The position numbers and the translations under genes are program-made. A DNA stretch of 64,000 nucleotides, from positions 241,132-305,131 of the forward strand of contig JACQJR010000001.1 in the NCBI GenBank assembly GCA_016204995.1, written 5' to 3'. The stretch is from Candidatus Microgenomates bacterium. GTDB taxonomy: Bacteria > Patescibacteriota > Microgenomatia > UBA8517 > JACQJR01. Below the pieces are notes generated by a model. It made no database searches, had not been told where the DNA came from, and saw only the letters and a program-made list of their open reading frames with translations. Position 1 is the stretch's first letter, and each line of letters begins with the position of its first letter. Positions 37,483 to 48,103 of this stretch are shown here, in pieces.

Positions 37483-39786
37483 TTATTTTCTCCCTTCAAT
37501 CCACTCTTCAATATCTGCTCTTTCTTGAAAATTTCTTTTTTGCCTGATCAAAAAATATTCGGTTCTAGGCCGATCATCGGTCACGGGCAAGACGTCTTTC
37601 ACCAAATTTTTAACAAACGACTCATCACCCAAAACGCCTTTATCCATCTCTTTAAATGACACCGGACCCCATCGGCTCTTATAAAGAGGATTAATGCGCG
37701 TTTCGTTAATATCATCGTAGAAAGGATACTGATGATACTTTTCCTCCATCATCTTCTTATCCCAAGTGATATCCCTGTCCGAACCAAAAACATAGTATCC
37801 CCAGCCTTGCGGAGAAGTCATAATTAAGATATGGGGGAAGACCTCATAGAAACTCCTAAGAAGTATTTGAAAATCATCCATTCTCGTGCCAGAGTAAAAC
37901 CAGGCCACGAAGATTCCATCATCCTTTAATTTTTTTTTGCTGTCCTCGTAAAATTCCTTTGAATATAATACTGTAGTTCCCGCCGCATTAACAGGTGGAG
38001 GTGGATCAACCACAATAATATCGTATTTTTTATCCGTCATTCTTACATAATTTCTACCATCATTAATGATAATTTTCCCGCGAGGATTACTAAGCGCTAA
38101 ACTTGCATCATCATGAAATAAATTAAACATCTTGGGAACTGAAGGCACTAAATCCACCGCATCAACACGGACATTGTCATGCAAAAGCGCCGAGCGATAG
38201 GTGGAACCCATGCCAAAAGCGATCACCAACATATCTTCTGCCTGCGGGCGCATAAATAAGGGCAGATGTGCCAAAAGCGCCGTTTCAGGACCTAAAGAAG
38301 TCGTTTGCACCCCATCAATAATTAAAGCCCTATCTCCGCCCTCTTTCTGTCTGTAGCCCAAAACAGATGCCACCTCATCCTCTAAGAATAGAACTTCATA
38401 ATCTCCTCTAAGCGAAGTTATTCTCTCCTTAAGTTTTCCTTCTTGAAATAACAATGAGGGTTGGAAAAGGAAACTTCCAGTTACCAAAATTATTATAATG
38501 CTAAATGCTATAATTGACCTTCTAAATAACAAAGCCAATTTCTTCTCCAATAAAACCAGTAGTATACCGAGCGAAAAATTAATTAAAGTCAAAACAAAAA
38601 TACTTCTAACTGTGCCAAAAATAGGAATTAGAATAAAAGCTGCAGCAAGGGAACCCATAATGGTTCCTAAAGTATTAGCCGAATAGACCACTCCCACCCC
38701 TTTACCAACTTCAGTATGTCCTTGTAGGATTCTCATCACCACCGGAAAACTCATTCCCATTAGCAATGTACCGGGAATAATTGTAGTTAAAACTTTAACC
38801 GCTGCAGGGAAAGATGTTAGTGAACTATTGGCTATTACTGACAAAAGGGCACTTAAACCTATACCTATCTCAATAAAACCAAATAAAAAAAATGGTGATC
38901 CTAATTTATGCAGCACAAATCTATACAATAAACTTCCAAGAGCTAAACCTAATAAATAAACTCCTAAGATTCCCGAGAAAGCGTAAATATAAGTCCCCAC
39001 AGAAGGAGTTAAAAGTCGTGTCCATAGAACTTCATAAGCCAATGAGACAAAACCAGAAAGGGCAAAGGCGATTATAACTATAGAAAATGCCGATCGCGAT
39101 AGTTTTATTTTGGGGATTTTCAACAGCTTACTTGCTTTTTTTTCAATAGCAGAAGCGGCGTGATAGCTTCTTTTTGATAAATACACGCTTGCTAAACCTA
39201 TACCGAGATTAAGTAAAGCAGCTAAAATCAAACTAAATCTTAATCCTAAAAGTTCAATAAAAACGAAACCTGTCAAAAGCACTCCCGCTACCGCCCCAAA
39301 GGTATTAACAGCATATAAATAACTGACCGCTTTGGAAACATGCGGAGAAAAATTTATTAAAAAGCGAACAAGTAGCGGCAGGGTTCCTCCCATGGCAATA
39401 GTCGGAGGCAATAAAACTAAACCTATTAATAAAAATTTAGCCAGGAGCAGTAAATAAGCATTAAAACCAAAGAAAGAAAAAAGCCATTGATAAACTATTT
39501 GAATTGCTGGGAAAAGAATAATAGTAGCCAAGGTTGAAACACCCACCATAATTTCTAATAATCCGTACAATTTTAAGTGTTGGCGCGTTTTATCGGAAAT
39601 TTGACCAATTAAAAAACTGCCAATAGCAAGACCCGCCATAAAAGCCGCCAGCACCGCCACCACAGAATGCGTGGTACTGCCAAAAATTAAAAGCAGCTGT
39701 CTGGTCCAAACAACTTCATAGACTAACCCGGCAAATCCAGATAAAAAGAAAAATAGAGGTAGTAATCTCAAAGTGGATTTCTTCAT
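37483..39786 (-). CDS. Fused membrane domain / spermidine synthase-like protein
   Basis: Duplicated SGF..L.YEV.W.R TM repeats; C-terminal FGMGST, DGRNY, YDIIVVDPPPP. Confidence 0.85.
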   Translation of the reverse strand: MKKSTLRLLPLFFFLSGFAGLVYEVVWTRQLLLIFGSTTHSVVAVLAAFMAGLAIGSFLIGQISDKTRQHLKLYGLLEIMVGVSTLATIILFPAIQIVYQWLFSFFGFNAYLLLLAKFLLIGLVLLPPTIAMGGTLPLLVRFLINFSPHVSKAVSYLYAVNTFGAVAGVLLTGFVFIELLGLRFSLILAALLNLGIGLASVYLSKRSYHAASAIEKKASKLLKIPKIKLSRSAFSIVIIAFALSGFVSLAYEVLWTRLLTPSVGTYIYAFSGILGVYLLGLALGSLLYRFVLHKLGSPFFLFGFIEIGIGLSALLSVIANSSLTSFPAAVKVLTTIIPGTLLMGMSFPVVMRILQGHTEVGKGVGVVYSANTLGTIMGSLAAAFILIPIFGTVRSIFVLTLINFSLGILLVLLEKKLALLFRRSIIAFSIIIILVTGSFLFQPSLLFQEGKLKERITSLRGDYEVLFLEDEVASVLGYRQKEGGDRALIIDGVQTTSLGPETALLAHLPLFMRPQAEDMLVIAFGMGSTYRSALLHDNVRVDAVDLVPSVPKMFNLFHDDASLALSNPRGKIIINDGRNYVRMTDKKYDIIVVDPPPPVNAAGTTVLYSKEFYEDSKKKLKDDGIFVAWFYSGTRMDDFQILLRSFYEVFPHILIMTSPQGWGYYVFGSDRDITWDKKMMEEKYHQYPFYDDINETRINPLYKSRWGPVSFKEMDKGVLGDESFVKNLVKDVLPVTDDRPRTEYFLIRQKRNFQERADIEEWIEGRK

Positions 39787-41978
39787 TGAGGGGTGCCTGC
39801 TGGATTATGAATTAGTTTATAAAGCACAATACCTTTTATTTCCCACTCCTTCTCAATTTTCGACCACCCAAAAACGGTTACTTCAGCTTTAGAGCTATGG
39901 GTAGGATCACACCTCTGGGCCGGCAATTCACAAACCACAAATAGTTGATCTGCTACGGTTTCCTGGTATCGTAAAGGGTCAATCTCGCGAACTGGTTCTT
40001 GCCACCATTCTAAAAAATACTGATAGGCATCTTCATAATTACGCTCTGCCAAAACTGCCAGATTAAAAGGTTGGCCGTGACTCTCCTGGGCAATTTTCCG
40101 GGCAATTTCTGCTGTTCTTTGTAACTGCCTCTGGGGAGGATTTTTAATTGGTGCTTCCCGCAAATTAACTATTAACAAAACTATTATTAAGCTAGTTGCT
40201 AAAATATTTAATTTTCTTTTGCTAACTAAATTTTGGGTGATGGCACCCAAAAGGATAAAAGGAGCTGCAAACATAAAGCCAAAATAATGATCGTAAATAT
40301 TTTGTTTGTATAAAGCCATTCCCACCAACCCTACCACTAACCAAACAGCCAGCAGAATTGTGGACCGGAGATGTGATCTGCTCCAAACCAAAAGCCATAT
40401 CAAGCCTGCCGTCAGTAAAGCGGCCATAAACTTAGTTAAAATAACATCCATCCCCGCCACAAAACGACCGACAAATTTATCCTGCCAGATGGGCCATATA
40501 TCACCCATCGCGTTCCATGGCTTCAGTGAGACAGTCGTTTGCCGGTTGGTAAAGAATTCCTTCATGGCGGAAAAATTATGCCAGCCATGGCGGGCATCAA
40601 AAATTACCAAGGGGGACATCAATACTGCGAATATTACCAAAGAAATTAAGGTATATCGCAGTAAGTTTTTGAGTTCGTGGTTATGAGTTCGGAGTTGATA
40701 AAGAGTAAGCAGCCAAAAAATTCCCAATGTAGGCAGAAGTAAAAGACCTAAATAATGAGATTGTAAAACAAAAGCGTAAGAAATACCCAATACGATCAGC
40801 CACTTAAACTCCTGATTTTTCCAGACCCGCCAGATTGCATAGATAGAAATCAAAGCGAAAAACGGTATGATATTGGGATTCCAGGAAGAGCGGGAGTAAG
40901 TAATCACGATGGGAGAAACGGCGTATAAAAGGGCCGCGACCTGGGCCGCCATATTACCAAACCATTCACGCGTTATCCGCCACACCAACCAAACTGTGAC
41001 TACTCCCAAAAAGGCAATAAGTACTGCCGGTCCTACCGGCGATAAACCCGATAAAAACATCGCCGGAGCCATTAAATAGTAATAAAGTGGGCCTAAGTAC
41101 ATGTTGCCGATGGAGGTGCCAGGCCCGATTAAAATAGGATCAAAATCAACTAATAATCTTCTGACTACAATGGCGTCTCTGCCTTCGTCGCCCAAAAACA
41201 TCATGTATTCTGGCAGTTTCCAAAATCGCAAAAAGATAGCCACCGCTAATATTGCGATCAGTATGAAAAATTCTCTCTTAGAAATAATCTTCCACCAGAA
41301 TTTAACCAAATCCAAGTAGCTTTTAACCACTACTTTTAAATCTGCTCCAGTTTGCGTGCCAAATTTACGCCTGTAATGATGAACTCCCACTTCGGCAAAT
41401 CTAAAACCTACACGCTTCGCTTTAACCAGCATTTCGATTTGAGTTACCTTTTCCCCAGCTTCCAATGGCAAAACTTTTTCAAAGGCCTCCTTCTTAATTA
41501 ACTTAAAACCACAGGAGTAATCTCGGGCAGAAAGACCAACTAAAAATCTGGCCATGATCGTCCAGATCAAATTACCGATCCTACGAACAAGCGGATCAGC
41601 CCTTTTAATTCTATATCCCAGTATAAAGTCAGCCTCGTCCGACCTCTCTAAAAATTTAGCAATTTCGGAAAAGTTAAATTGTCCATCGCTATCTGCAAAA
41701 GCCACCCATTCATATTTGGCATTTTTAAATCCGGTTTTTAAAGCTTCTCCATAACCCTTATTTACCTGATGATTAACCAAGCGGATATGCTTATCAGCAT
41801 TCTCCAACTTCTTGACGATTTTGGCGGTATCATCCTTGGAACCGTCATTAACCACAATCACTTCAAACTCTTCTAAATTCAAACCTTGGAGGACTTTTAA
41901 AGCATCACTGACTGTTTTTTCAATATTTGCTTCCTCGTTGTAAGCTGGGAAAAATACCGACAAGGTTTTAACTTGCAT
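39783..41978 (-). CDS. GT2 (DPM1-like) fused to GT-C
   Basis: N-terminal FPAYNEE, NDGSKD, DSDGQF, DYSCGFK; C-terminal GDEGRDA..LIGPGTS..GPLYYY multi-TM domain. Confidence 0.85.
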   Translation of the reverse strand: MQVKTLSVFFPAYNEEANIEKTVSDALKVLQGLNLEEFEVIVVNDGSKDDTAKIVKKLENADKHIRLVNHQVNKGYGEALKTGFKNAKYEWVAFADSDGQFNFSEIAKFLERSDEADFILGYRIKRADPLVRRIGNLIWTIMARFLVGLSARDYSCGFKLIKKEAFEKVLPLEAGEKVTQIEMLVKAKRVGFRFAEVGVHHYRRKFGTQTGADLKVVVKSYLDLVKFWWKIISKREFFILIAILAVAIFLRFWKLPEYMMFLGDEGRDAIVVRRLLVDFDPILIGPGTSIGNMYLGPLYYYLMAPAMFLSGLSPVGPAVLIAFLGVVTVWLVWRITREWFGNMAAQVAALLYAVSPIVITYSRSSWNPNIIPFFALISIYAIWRVWKNQEFKWLIVLGISYAFVLQSHYLGLLLLPTLGIFWLLTLYQLRTHNHELKNLLRYTLISLVIFAVLMSPLVIFDARHGWHNFSAMKEFFTNRQTTVSLKPWNAMGDIWPIWQDKFVGRFVAGMDVILTKFMAALLTAGLIWLLVWSRSHLRSTILLAVWLVVGLVGMALYKQNIYDHYFGFMFAAPFILLGAITQNLVSKRKLNILATSLIIVLLIVNLREAPIKNPPQRQLQRTAEIARKIAQESHGQPFNLAVLAERNYEDAYQYFLEWWQEPVREIDPLRYQETVADQLFVVCELPAQRCDPTHSSKAEVTVFGWSKIEKEWEIKGIVLYKLIHNPAGTPQ

Positions 41979-42003
41979 ATTGATATGCTACCATGAAAGG
42001 TGT

Positions 42004-43161
42004 ATGCGACTCAACGAACAGACTAAACACCTATTATTAATCAGCGGGGCTGTCCTTCTTTCTGTCATCGCAGTTTGGCTACCTTTTATTCTGCGTCTCC
42101 CCTCCTTCTGGGGGATAGAATTACCTCGTAATGGCATGGCTACTATTATAGCTAATTTTGATGGGCCCTATTATATTGTGGCGGCCAAAAGTTTGTATAA
42201 TCCGCAAGTTATTGAGCAGTTTCAATTTCCTCTTCATACCGAATATTATTCGGCCCATTTCCCCGGTTTTCCTTTGTTAATCCGCGCTCTGTCACCTTTT
42301 TTTGGTTATCCTTGGGCTATGATGATCGCGACAGTTTTAACCACTATCTTAGCGGCGTGGTTTTTTTATCTATTACTTAGACAGCTAGGTCTTGCTAAAC
42401 AAGCTTTATGGATTACTATAGTATTTGCCATTTTCCCAGCTCGTTGGTTAATTGTTCATTCAGTTGGCTCTCCCGAACCCCTATTTATCGCCGCGATTTT
42501 AGCCACTTTTTATTTTTTCTTAAAAGGCAATTATTGGCTGGCAGGGATAACCGGCGCAATTAGCATGCTAACTAAATCCCCGGGAATATTACTTTTTGCC
42601 GCTTTGACTCTGGCTATCTGGGGGTCCAAGTTTGATCAATTAATGCTCCATCCCTTATCTACCTTAAAAAAACTAATACCGCCCACCCTGCCTTTGCTTC
42701 TCATGCCACTGACTCTATTAGGAATATTCTTTTGGTATCAATATACTTATGGTGACTTTTTTACTTATTTCCATTCGGGAGATAATATTCATCTTCTTTT
42801 CCCGCCCTTTCAAGTTTTTAATGCCAATCAGACTTGGGTAGGCACTTTTTGGCTGGAGGAAATAATTTGGATTTATCTGTTAGGCTTTTTAGGACTATTT
42901 CAATTAATCAAACGCCGGTCGTGGGAAATGGCTTGGTTTGTAGGAATATTCTTTGCTTCCACCCTTTTTGTTTCACATCGCGATATTGCTCGCTACACTT
43001 TGCCGATTGTGCCCTTTCTGCTAATTGCCTTCAATCATGTCCTGGCTACTAAAGAATTTAAATGGGGTATGGCACTACTATTAATTCCTATTTACCTTTT
43101 TGCTCTGTCCTTTATCTCTCACAATATCACGCCGATTGCAGATTGGGAACCCTTACTTTAG
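42004..43161 (+). CDS. GT-C (PIG-V/mannosyltransferase-like)
   Basis: NFDGPYY..A..Y, HFPGFP, EPLF; start ATG 42004. Confidence 0.7.
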   Translation: MRLNEQTKHLLLISGAVLLSVIAVWLPFILRLPSFWGIELPRNGMATIIANFDGPYYIVAAKSLYNPQVIEQFQFPLHTEYYSAHFPGFPLLIRALSPFFGYPWAMMIATVLTTILAAWFFYLLLRQLGLAKQALWITIVFAIFPARWLIVHSVGSPEPLFIAAILATFYFFLKGNYWLAGITGAISMLTKSPGILLFAALTLAIWGSKFDQLMLHPLSTLKKLIPPTLPLLLMPLTLLGIFFWYQYTYGDFFTYFHSGDNIHLLFPPFQVFNANQTWVGTFWLEEIIWIYLLGFLGLFQLIKRRSWEMAWFVGIFFASTLFVSHRDIARYTLPIVPFLLIAFNHVLATKEFKWGMALLLIPIYLFALSFISHNITPIADWEPLL

Positions 43162-44361
43162 GGGTGAAATTTTAGCCAACACATTTCTTAAACTCCACCT
43201 CTTCCAGATGAAAACATTATACATGGTGTAATTATACGGAATGACAAATATCCCTACCGCAATTACTAAAGATAGCTGACGCACGATCAAGGTATCTCCA
43301 AACATAATTACTCCCACTGCGATCACGACGGATTGAATCACAATTGCCCCAAAGGAAGCTAAATTAAATTTAATAAATCTTCTAATATATTTTAAGGGGC
43401 TGGCAATTTGGACGTCTTCAAAAGTCCATAAATTATCTAAATTAAAATTAGAGAAAATAGCAATCTCTGCTGCCACCGCTGCTGCCCAAAAAGAGGGTTG
43501 GGCTAAAATTTTCAGATGCATTGAGTCTGTTTGAGGAAAAAGATGGGCAAGGTTAACCGTTAAGGAGGTATTACGGAATAATTCCAAACCCACTGCATTA
43601 ATAATAAATCCTATTCCTCCTACCAGGGCGAATTTAATAAATCGCGATCGTAATCTTAAAACGATGAGGAAGGTATCTATTGTCTCGCGCAATTTAAATT
43701 TAGATTTTTCCCGCAGCCTGGGTAAAAAAGCAATTGGCACTTCACGAACTTTGGCACCTTCTTTTAACAATAAATTCAAAAGGTGCATTTTATAGGCATA
43801 GCTGGCTTTGCCGTAGAGGATGTCTAAATTAATTTTGGATAAATAGCCTACTTTGGTTAAACGAAAACCGGTAGTCAAATCATGAATTTTAGGAAGAAAT
43901 AAAACTGTTCTGGCAAATACGTTTCCAAACCAGGATAAAAATTTACGATAAAACTGCCATTCTTTTGGTACTGACCCTCCCTTAATATATCTTGCCCCAA
44001 TTACTACATCGGCATTCTTAGCAGCTTTTACCAATCTTTTAACATCGGCCGGGTTATGTTGAAAATCAGCATCCATCTCAATCACAGCATCTGATTTCAT
44101 TTCATTCATGGCGTATTTCATACCGCGAATATAAGCATAGCCCAAGCCCTTTTTCGGACCGGTTAAAAGATGAAGATTTTTATATTTTTTTAAATTCTGT
44201 TTAACAATCTCGCCAGTGCCATCGGGAGAATTATCATCCACTATTAATAAATGCATCTCTGCCTGTGTAATCTTGGGAAATTCCTTTTTTAAAAGTACCT
44301 CCATCATCTGGCCAATATTTTCCTTCTCGTTATAAGTAGGCATGATCACGACAATCTTCAT
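43153..44361 (-). CDS. DPM1-like GT2 fused to a GtrA-like domain
   Basis: MPTYNEKEN, DDNSPDGT, MDADFQH, DLTTGFR; C-terminal RFIKFALVG..NF..WTF. Confidence 0.85.
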   Translation of the reverse strand: MKIVVIMPTYNEKENIGQMMEVLLKKEFPKITQAEMHLLIVDDNSPDGTGEIVKQNLKKYKNLHLLTGPKKGLGYAYIRGMKYAMNEMKSDAVIEMDADFQHNPADVKRLVKAAKNADVVIGARYIKGGSVPKEWQFYRKFLSWFGNVFARTVLFLPKIHDLTTGFRLTKVGYLSKINLDILYGKASYAYKMHLLNLLLKEGAKVREVPIAFLPRLREKSKFKLRETIDTFLIVLRLRSRFIKFALVGGIGFIINAVGLELFRNTSLTVNLAHLFPQTDSMHLKILAQPSFWAAAVAAEIAIFSNFNLDNLWTFEDVQIASPLKYIRRFIKFNLASFGAIVIQSVVIAVGVIMFGDTLIVRQLSLVIAVGIFVIPYNYTMYNVFIWKRWSLRNVLAKISPLK

Positions 44362-44375
44362 ATAAATATAATTTG

Positions 44376-44395
44376 AGGGATCCTATTGGATCCCT
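44376..44395. promoter_or_regulatory. Perfect 8-bp hairpin/operator in divergent intergenic region
   Basis: AGGGATCC-TATT-GGATCCCT. Confidence 0.35.
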
Positions 44396-44448
44396 TCTGC
44401 CTTCAATTTACCAGATAAAACTGCTAAAATACAAGAGTGTAAATTATT

Positions 44449-45159
44449 ATGGTCATAAATATTCTAACTTTATTCCCAGAGATGTTCCGCGGCCCTTTTG
44501 ACCAGTCTATCATCAAAAGGGCACAGGATAGGAAATTGGTTCAAATCAAAACACATGATTTGCGCAAATGGACGATTGATAAACATGGTACAGTAGATGA
44601 CAAACCTTATGGCGGCGGAGCGGGAATGCTCATGATGGTAGAACCAATCTATCGCGCCATCACCGATCTGAAATCTAAAGTCCAAAATCTAACCTCTAAA
44701 GTCATCCTCCTAGATCCTGGCGGTCAACCTTTTAATCAATTAAAAGCCCAGGAATTGTCAAAAATGGAACATTTAATTTTAATTGCCGGGCATTACGAAG
44801 GCGTTGATGCCAGAGTTAAAGAACATTTAATTGACGAAGAAATTTCTATTGGGGATTATGTCTTAACGGGCGGAGAGTTACCAGCTATGGTTATAGTAGA
44901 TACAGTAGTTAGATTAATACCAGGAGTTTTAGAAAAATCTACCGCCACACAGATAGAGTCATTCTCCCCACTGGAAATTGGAAATTGGAAATTGGAAAAT
45001 TCTTTGGAGTATCCTCAATATACGAGACCGGAAAATTTTAAAGGTTGGAAGGTGCCGAAAGTATTATTAGGCGGTAACCACAAAGAAATTGAGAAATGGC
45101 GAAAAGAACAATCTTTGGAACACACCCAAAAACATCGCCCTGATCTCTTAAAAAAATAG
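44449..45159 (+). CDS. trmD: tRNA (guanine37-N1)-methyltransferase
   Basis: [48 protein letters not shown]. Confidence 0.98.
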   Translation: MVINILTLFPEMFRGPFDQSIIKRAQDRKLVQIKTHDLRKWTIDKHGTVDDKPYGGGAGMLMMVEPIYRAITDLKSKVQNLTSKVILLDPGGQPFNQLKAQELSKMEHLILIAGHYEGVDARVKEHLIDEEISIGDYVLTGGELPAMVIVDTVVRLIPGVLEKSTATQIESFSPLEIGNWKLENSLEYPQYTRPENFKGWKVPKVLLGGNHKEIEKWRKEQSLEHTQKHRPDLLKK

Positions 45160-45202
45160 TCATCCTGAAGTTTTGACTTTTGAGATTTGAGATTTGAGAT
45201 TT

Positions 45203-45703
45203 TTAAGTGTATTTGTCTGCCACTACAAACGCTCCATATGATTCTGGTTTGGTCTTGGCGGTAAAACCAGAACCTGTCACCATTCCTACCACTTCCCGAA
45301 TCATGTCGCGAGTAGGGCCAACTGACCCCACATCAATATGAATTTCTAAATCGTATTTACTGGGAGTAATAATTTTTCGCAAAATCGGCACCAGCTCGTG
45401 AGCCAATTCTAAAGAAAGCAATGTTTCCCGATAAATTTTCTCTCTTAAAACAAATTTCTTTTTTTGCTTTTCTTTATGCCAAAAATAACGGCCGCCATGA
45501 CCAATCCGGTGAATGACAATGGCGCTGACAAAGTCGGTTTCTGTATCACCATTACTTCTCCGAGTCTGGGAATCTGTACCAATGACTAATCTATAGAAAC
45601 TAGTAGCATCTTCATCAATAAATTGGGAAACTTCTGCTGCCACTGCTTCTAAATTCAACTCACCCTTGGTGGGACTCACAAAAAGTCCATTTTCGCTACT
45701 CAT
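45203..45703 (-). CDS. RNase H-like YkuK family protein
   Basis: LVIGTDSQ, HRIGHGG, EIHIDVG, KPESYGA..VADK. Confidence 0.85.
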   Translation of the reverse strand: MSSENGLFVSPTKGELNLEAVAAEVSQFIDEDATSFYRLVIGTDSQTRRSNGDTETDFVSAIVIHRIGHGGRYFWHKEKQKKKFVLREKIYRETLLSLELAHELVPILRKIITPSKYDLEIHIDVGSVGPTRDMIREVVGMVTGSGFTAKTKPESYGAFVVADKYT

Positions 45704-45723
45704 AGCCTAAATTATAGCATTTT

Positions 45724-46155
45724 TCACCCTTCAAAGACCACTTGGGCGCGCCATGCTTTATTGACTTTGGCTAAATTAAGCAAGTTAATATTAAATGATT
45801 CAATTTCCATCTTCAGTTTATGGTGAAGCGGATCAAATTTCTCCCCATAAACATATCCTTGAGCTGACCAACTGCTATCTTCGTGAGTCACTCCCACTTT
45901 AACTTCTTTGGCAATAAAATTTCTGCCTTTTCTAAGAAATATTAAGTGGGTAAGTAATCCCAAAAATAATTCTTCAAAGCTAATTTTTCGCAAATTAACT
46001 AATTCTTTGGCCCGATTGCGTACAGCTTTAGGATCAATTATTACGCCTATCAAAACCTGCGCCGCATTTTCCAACAAGACCCTTTCATTTCTACCGAATA
46101 TTTCAAAAGCTACTCCAGTCGCCGAGATGCCTGGTAAAAAGTTAAATTTGCTCAT
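45724..46155 (-). CDS. Divergent archease-like protein
   Basis: FEIFG..LLENAA..L..LIFL, GEKFDP..H pattern. Confidence 0.6.
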   Translation of the reverse strand: MSKFNFLPGISATGVAFEIFGRNERVLLENAAQVLIGVIIDPKAVRNRAKELVNLRKISFEELFLGLLTHLIFLRKGRNFIAKEVKVGVTHEDSSWSAQGYVYGEKFDPLHHKLKMEIESFNINLLNLAKVNKAWRAQVVFEG

Positions 46156-47104
46156 ATAAGGCTATATTGGCTGCCCAATCTGCTAACATCTCCGGCAATG
46201 GTCGCAGAATACCTTGGCCAAAATGCCTCTCAAATTTAGAAACATCAAAAGCTGTATCCTTCGGTCTAGGAGCGCCGGCATGACTCATAAATTCGTCAAA
46301 AGTCGTTGCCTTAATTAAATTCCAGTCAATTATCTGGTGGTGATTCTGCTCTAAATATTTCAACCCTAAGCAAACTGCATCATAGATGGTAGTCACAGTG
46401 GGCGTGGCTACATGCCAAATACCATAATGCTGCGATCCTGCTATAGCCAGTATGGCCTTGGCGTAATCTTTGACATAGCCGGGAGTTAGTTTTTGGTCGG
46501 CAATTGCGAAAAATTTCTTTCCTAGCCGATTGGCCTCATAGACATTGCGCAAAAAGTCACGTCTTTTAATATTAAAATCATCGCCGAATGGTCTTTGAAC
46601 TCTCACTATGTGTGCCTTTACCCGAGAAGATAGAAGAATTTTTTCTGCCTCTGCTTTGCTTTTAGCATACCAACTAGTTATGGGATCTATTTTTTCTGTT
46701 TCCTTGTGAGGACAAAGTTGCTCACTACCGGACAAAACATAGTCGCTGGAAATATGTACCAAAGTGGCATCGCCAGCTAAACAAGCTTTAGCCAGTTTTT
46801 CTACTCCCACCACATTGGTTTTCCAGACCATGCCGCCGAAATCGCCTTTTTCCTTCTCACAGACATCCACTTCTGTTTGGGCCGCTAAATTAATGACTAC
46901 ATCTGTCCCGTTAATTTTCTTAGCTATCTCGCCAATGGACAATTCTGCTATATCAAATTCTTGGTGGGTTGGTGCTAACACCAATTGACCATTTTCGCTA
47001 ATCCGTGATACTAAAGCACCACCTACTAAACCACTCCCTCCGATAACTAATAATTTAGGCGAAGATTCAAACTCTTTATTTTCTTTTATCGTTCGCTCCT
47101 GCAT
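46142..47104 (-). CDS. RmlD-like reductase
   Basis: GGSGLVG, NLAAQTEVD.CE, HISSDYV, YAKSK, PRP. Confidence 0.85.
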   Translation of the reverse strand: MQERTIKENKEFESSPKLLVIGGSGLVGGALVSRISENGQLVLAPTHQEFDIAELSIGEIAKKINGTDVVINLAAQTEVDVCEKEKGDFGGMVWKTNVVGVEKLAKACLAGDATLVHISSDYVLSGSEQLCPHKETEKIDPITSWYAKSKAEAEKILLSSRVKAHIVRVQRPFGDDFNIKRRDFLRNVYEANRLGKKFFAIADQKLTPGYVKDYAKAILAIAGSQHYGIWHVATPTVTTIYDAVCLGLKYLEQNHHQIIDWNLIKATTFDEFMSHAGAPRPKDTAFDVSKFERHFGQGILRPLPEMLADWAANIALYEQI

Positions 47105-47110
47105 AAATTT

Positions 47111-48103
47111 TTATTTCACTCCTGCAATAGCAGGTAAGAAAAAAGCCCTCTTTATTCCTTCTCTCCAACTGGTAGGAGTATAACCACAGCTGATTATTTT
47201 ATCAACTTTTAACCCACCTTTAACCGGTCGTTTGGCAAGTTCTGGATGATTTTTTTGAAACTCCACCATACTTCCTTTTGGTACTAATGCCTCTGGATTT
47301 GCCACATTTCTAGCCACTTTTAATAACTGGCAACAAAAATTATAGGGAGTAGTTGTCATAGGAGAAGCAAGGTGATAAATACCACTTGCTCTTTTATCTA
47401 TTAAAGTAGTTACCGCCGGGGTTAAATCATCAATGAATGTGGGAGTTAAAATTTGATCGTCAAAGATGGGATAAAAACTCTCTCTTTTATTTGCCATAAT
47501 TTCGTCGTACAATTTTAAAAAATTTCTGGCAAAATCAATTTTTGGTAAATATTCTTTTATATATGGATAAGAAATTCTCATCATTAAATAAGGAATCCCA
47601 CCAAAAATCGCCTCGCGTTCTGCTAAAATTTTTGTCCAAGCGTACCAACCAACTGCTGCCGGCGATGAAGCTATTGGATCCTCTTCTGAATAAGGTCCGT
47701 TTTTACCGTCAAAAACAAAATCTGTGGATATTAAAATAGGAAATTTACCAGTTTTCTTACAAGCATCAATTAAATTTCTTGTGCCCAAGACATTAACTTT
47801 ATAGGTTAGGTTTTGGGCTAATTCTTGTTGGTTAGTAGGATCTTTTGGTTTGTTTTTTTCTATCTCATCTACCGCAGTCAACCCTGCAAAATTTATGATA
47901 TATTTCCCAGGAAAAGAATTAGTGATAGATTCAACTTGTTCTTTACTTGTAATATCAAGTTCATTAAAAGCATTTAAACCGGTAAGTCCTGCATCAAACG
48001 GACTGCCTGCCTCTTGAATTTCTATTCCTTGTTTATTCATTAACTCCACCAATCTGGAGCCAACCAAAGAGCCAGAACCGATTACTAAAATGTTGTCCGT
48101 CAT
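47111..48103 (-). CDS. RmlD-like reductase
   Basis: GSGSLVG, ISTDFVFDG, YAWTK, TPT, KRP. Confidence 0.85.
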   Translation of the reverse strand: MTDNILVIGSGSLVGSRLVELMNKQGIEIQEAGSPFDAGLTGLNAFNELDITSKEQVESITNSFPGKYIINFAGLTAVDEIEKNKPKDPTNQQELAQNLTYKVNVLGTRNLIDACKKTGKFPILISTDFVFDGKNGPYSEEDPIASSPAAVGWYAWTKILAEREAIFGGIPYLMMRISYPYIKEYLPKIDFARNFLKLYDEIMANKRESFYPIFDDQILTPTFIDDLTPAVTTLIDKRASGIYHLASPMTTTPYNFCCQLLKVARNVANPEALVPKGSMVEFQKNHPELAKRPVKGGLKVDKIISCGYTPTSWREGIKRAFFLPAIAGVK

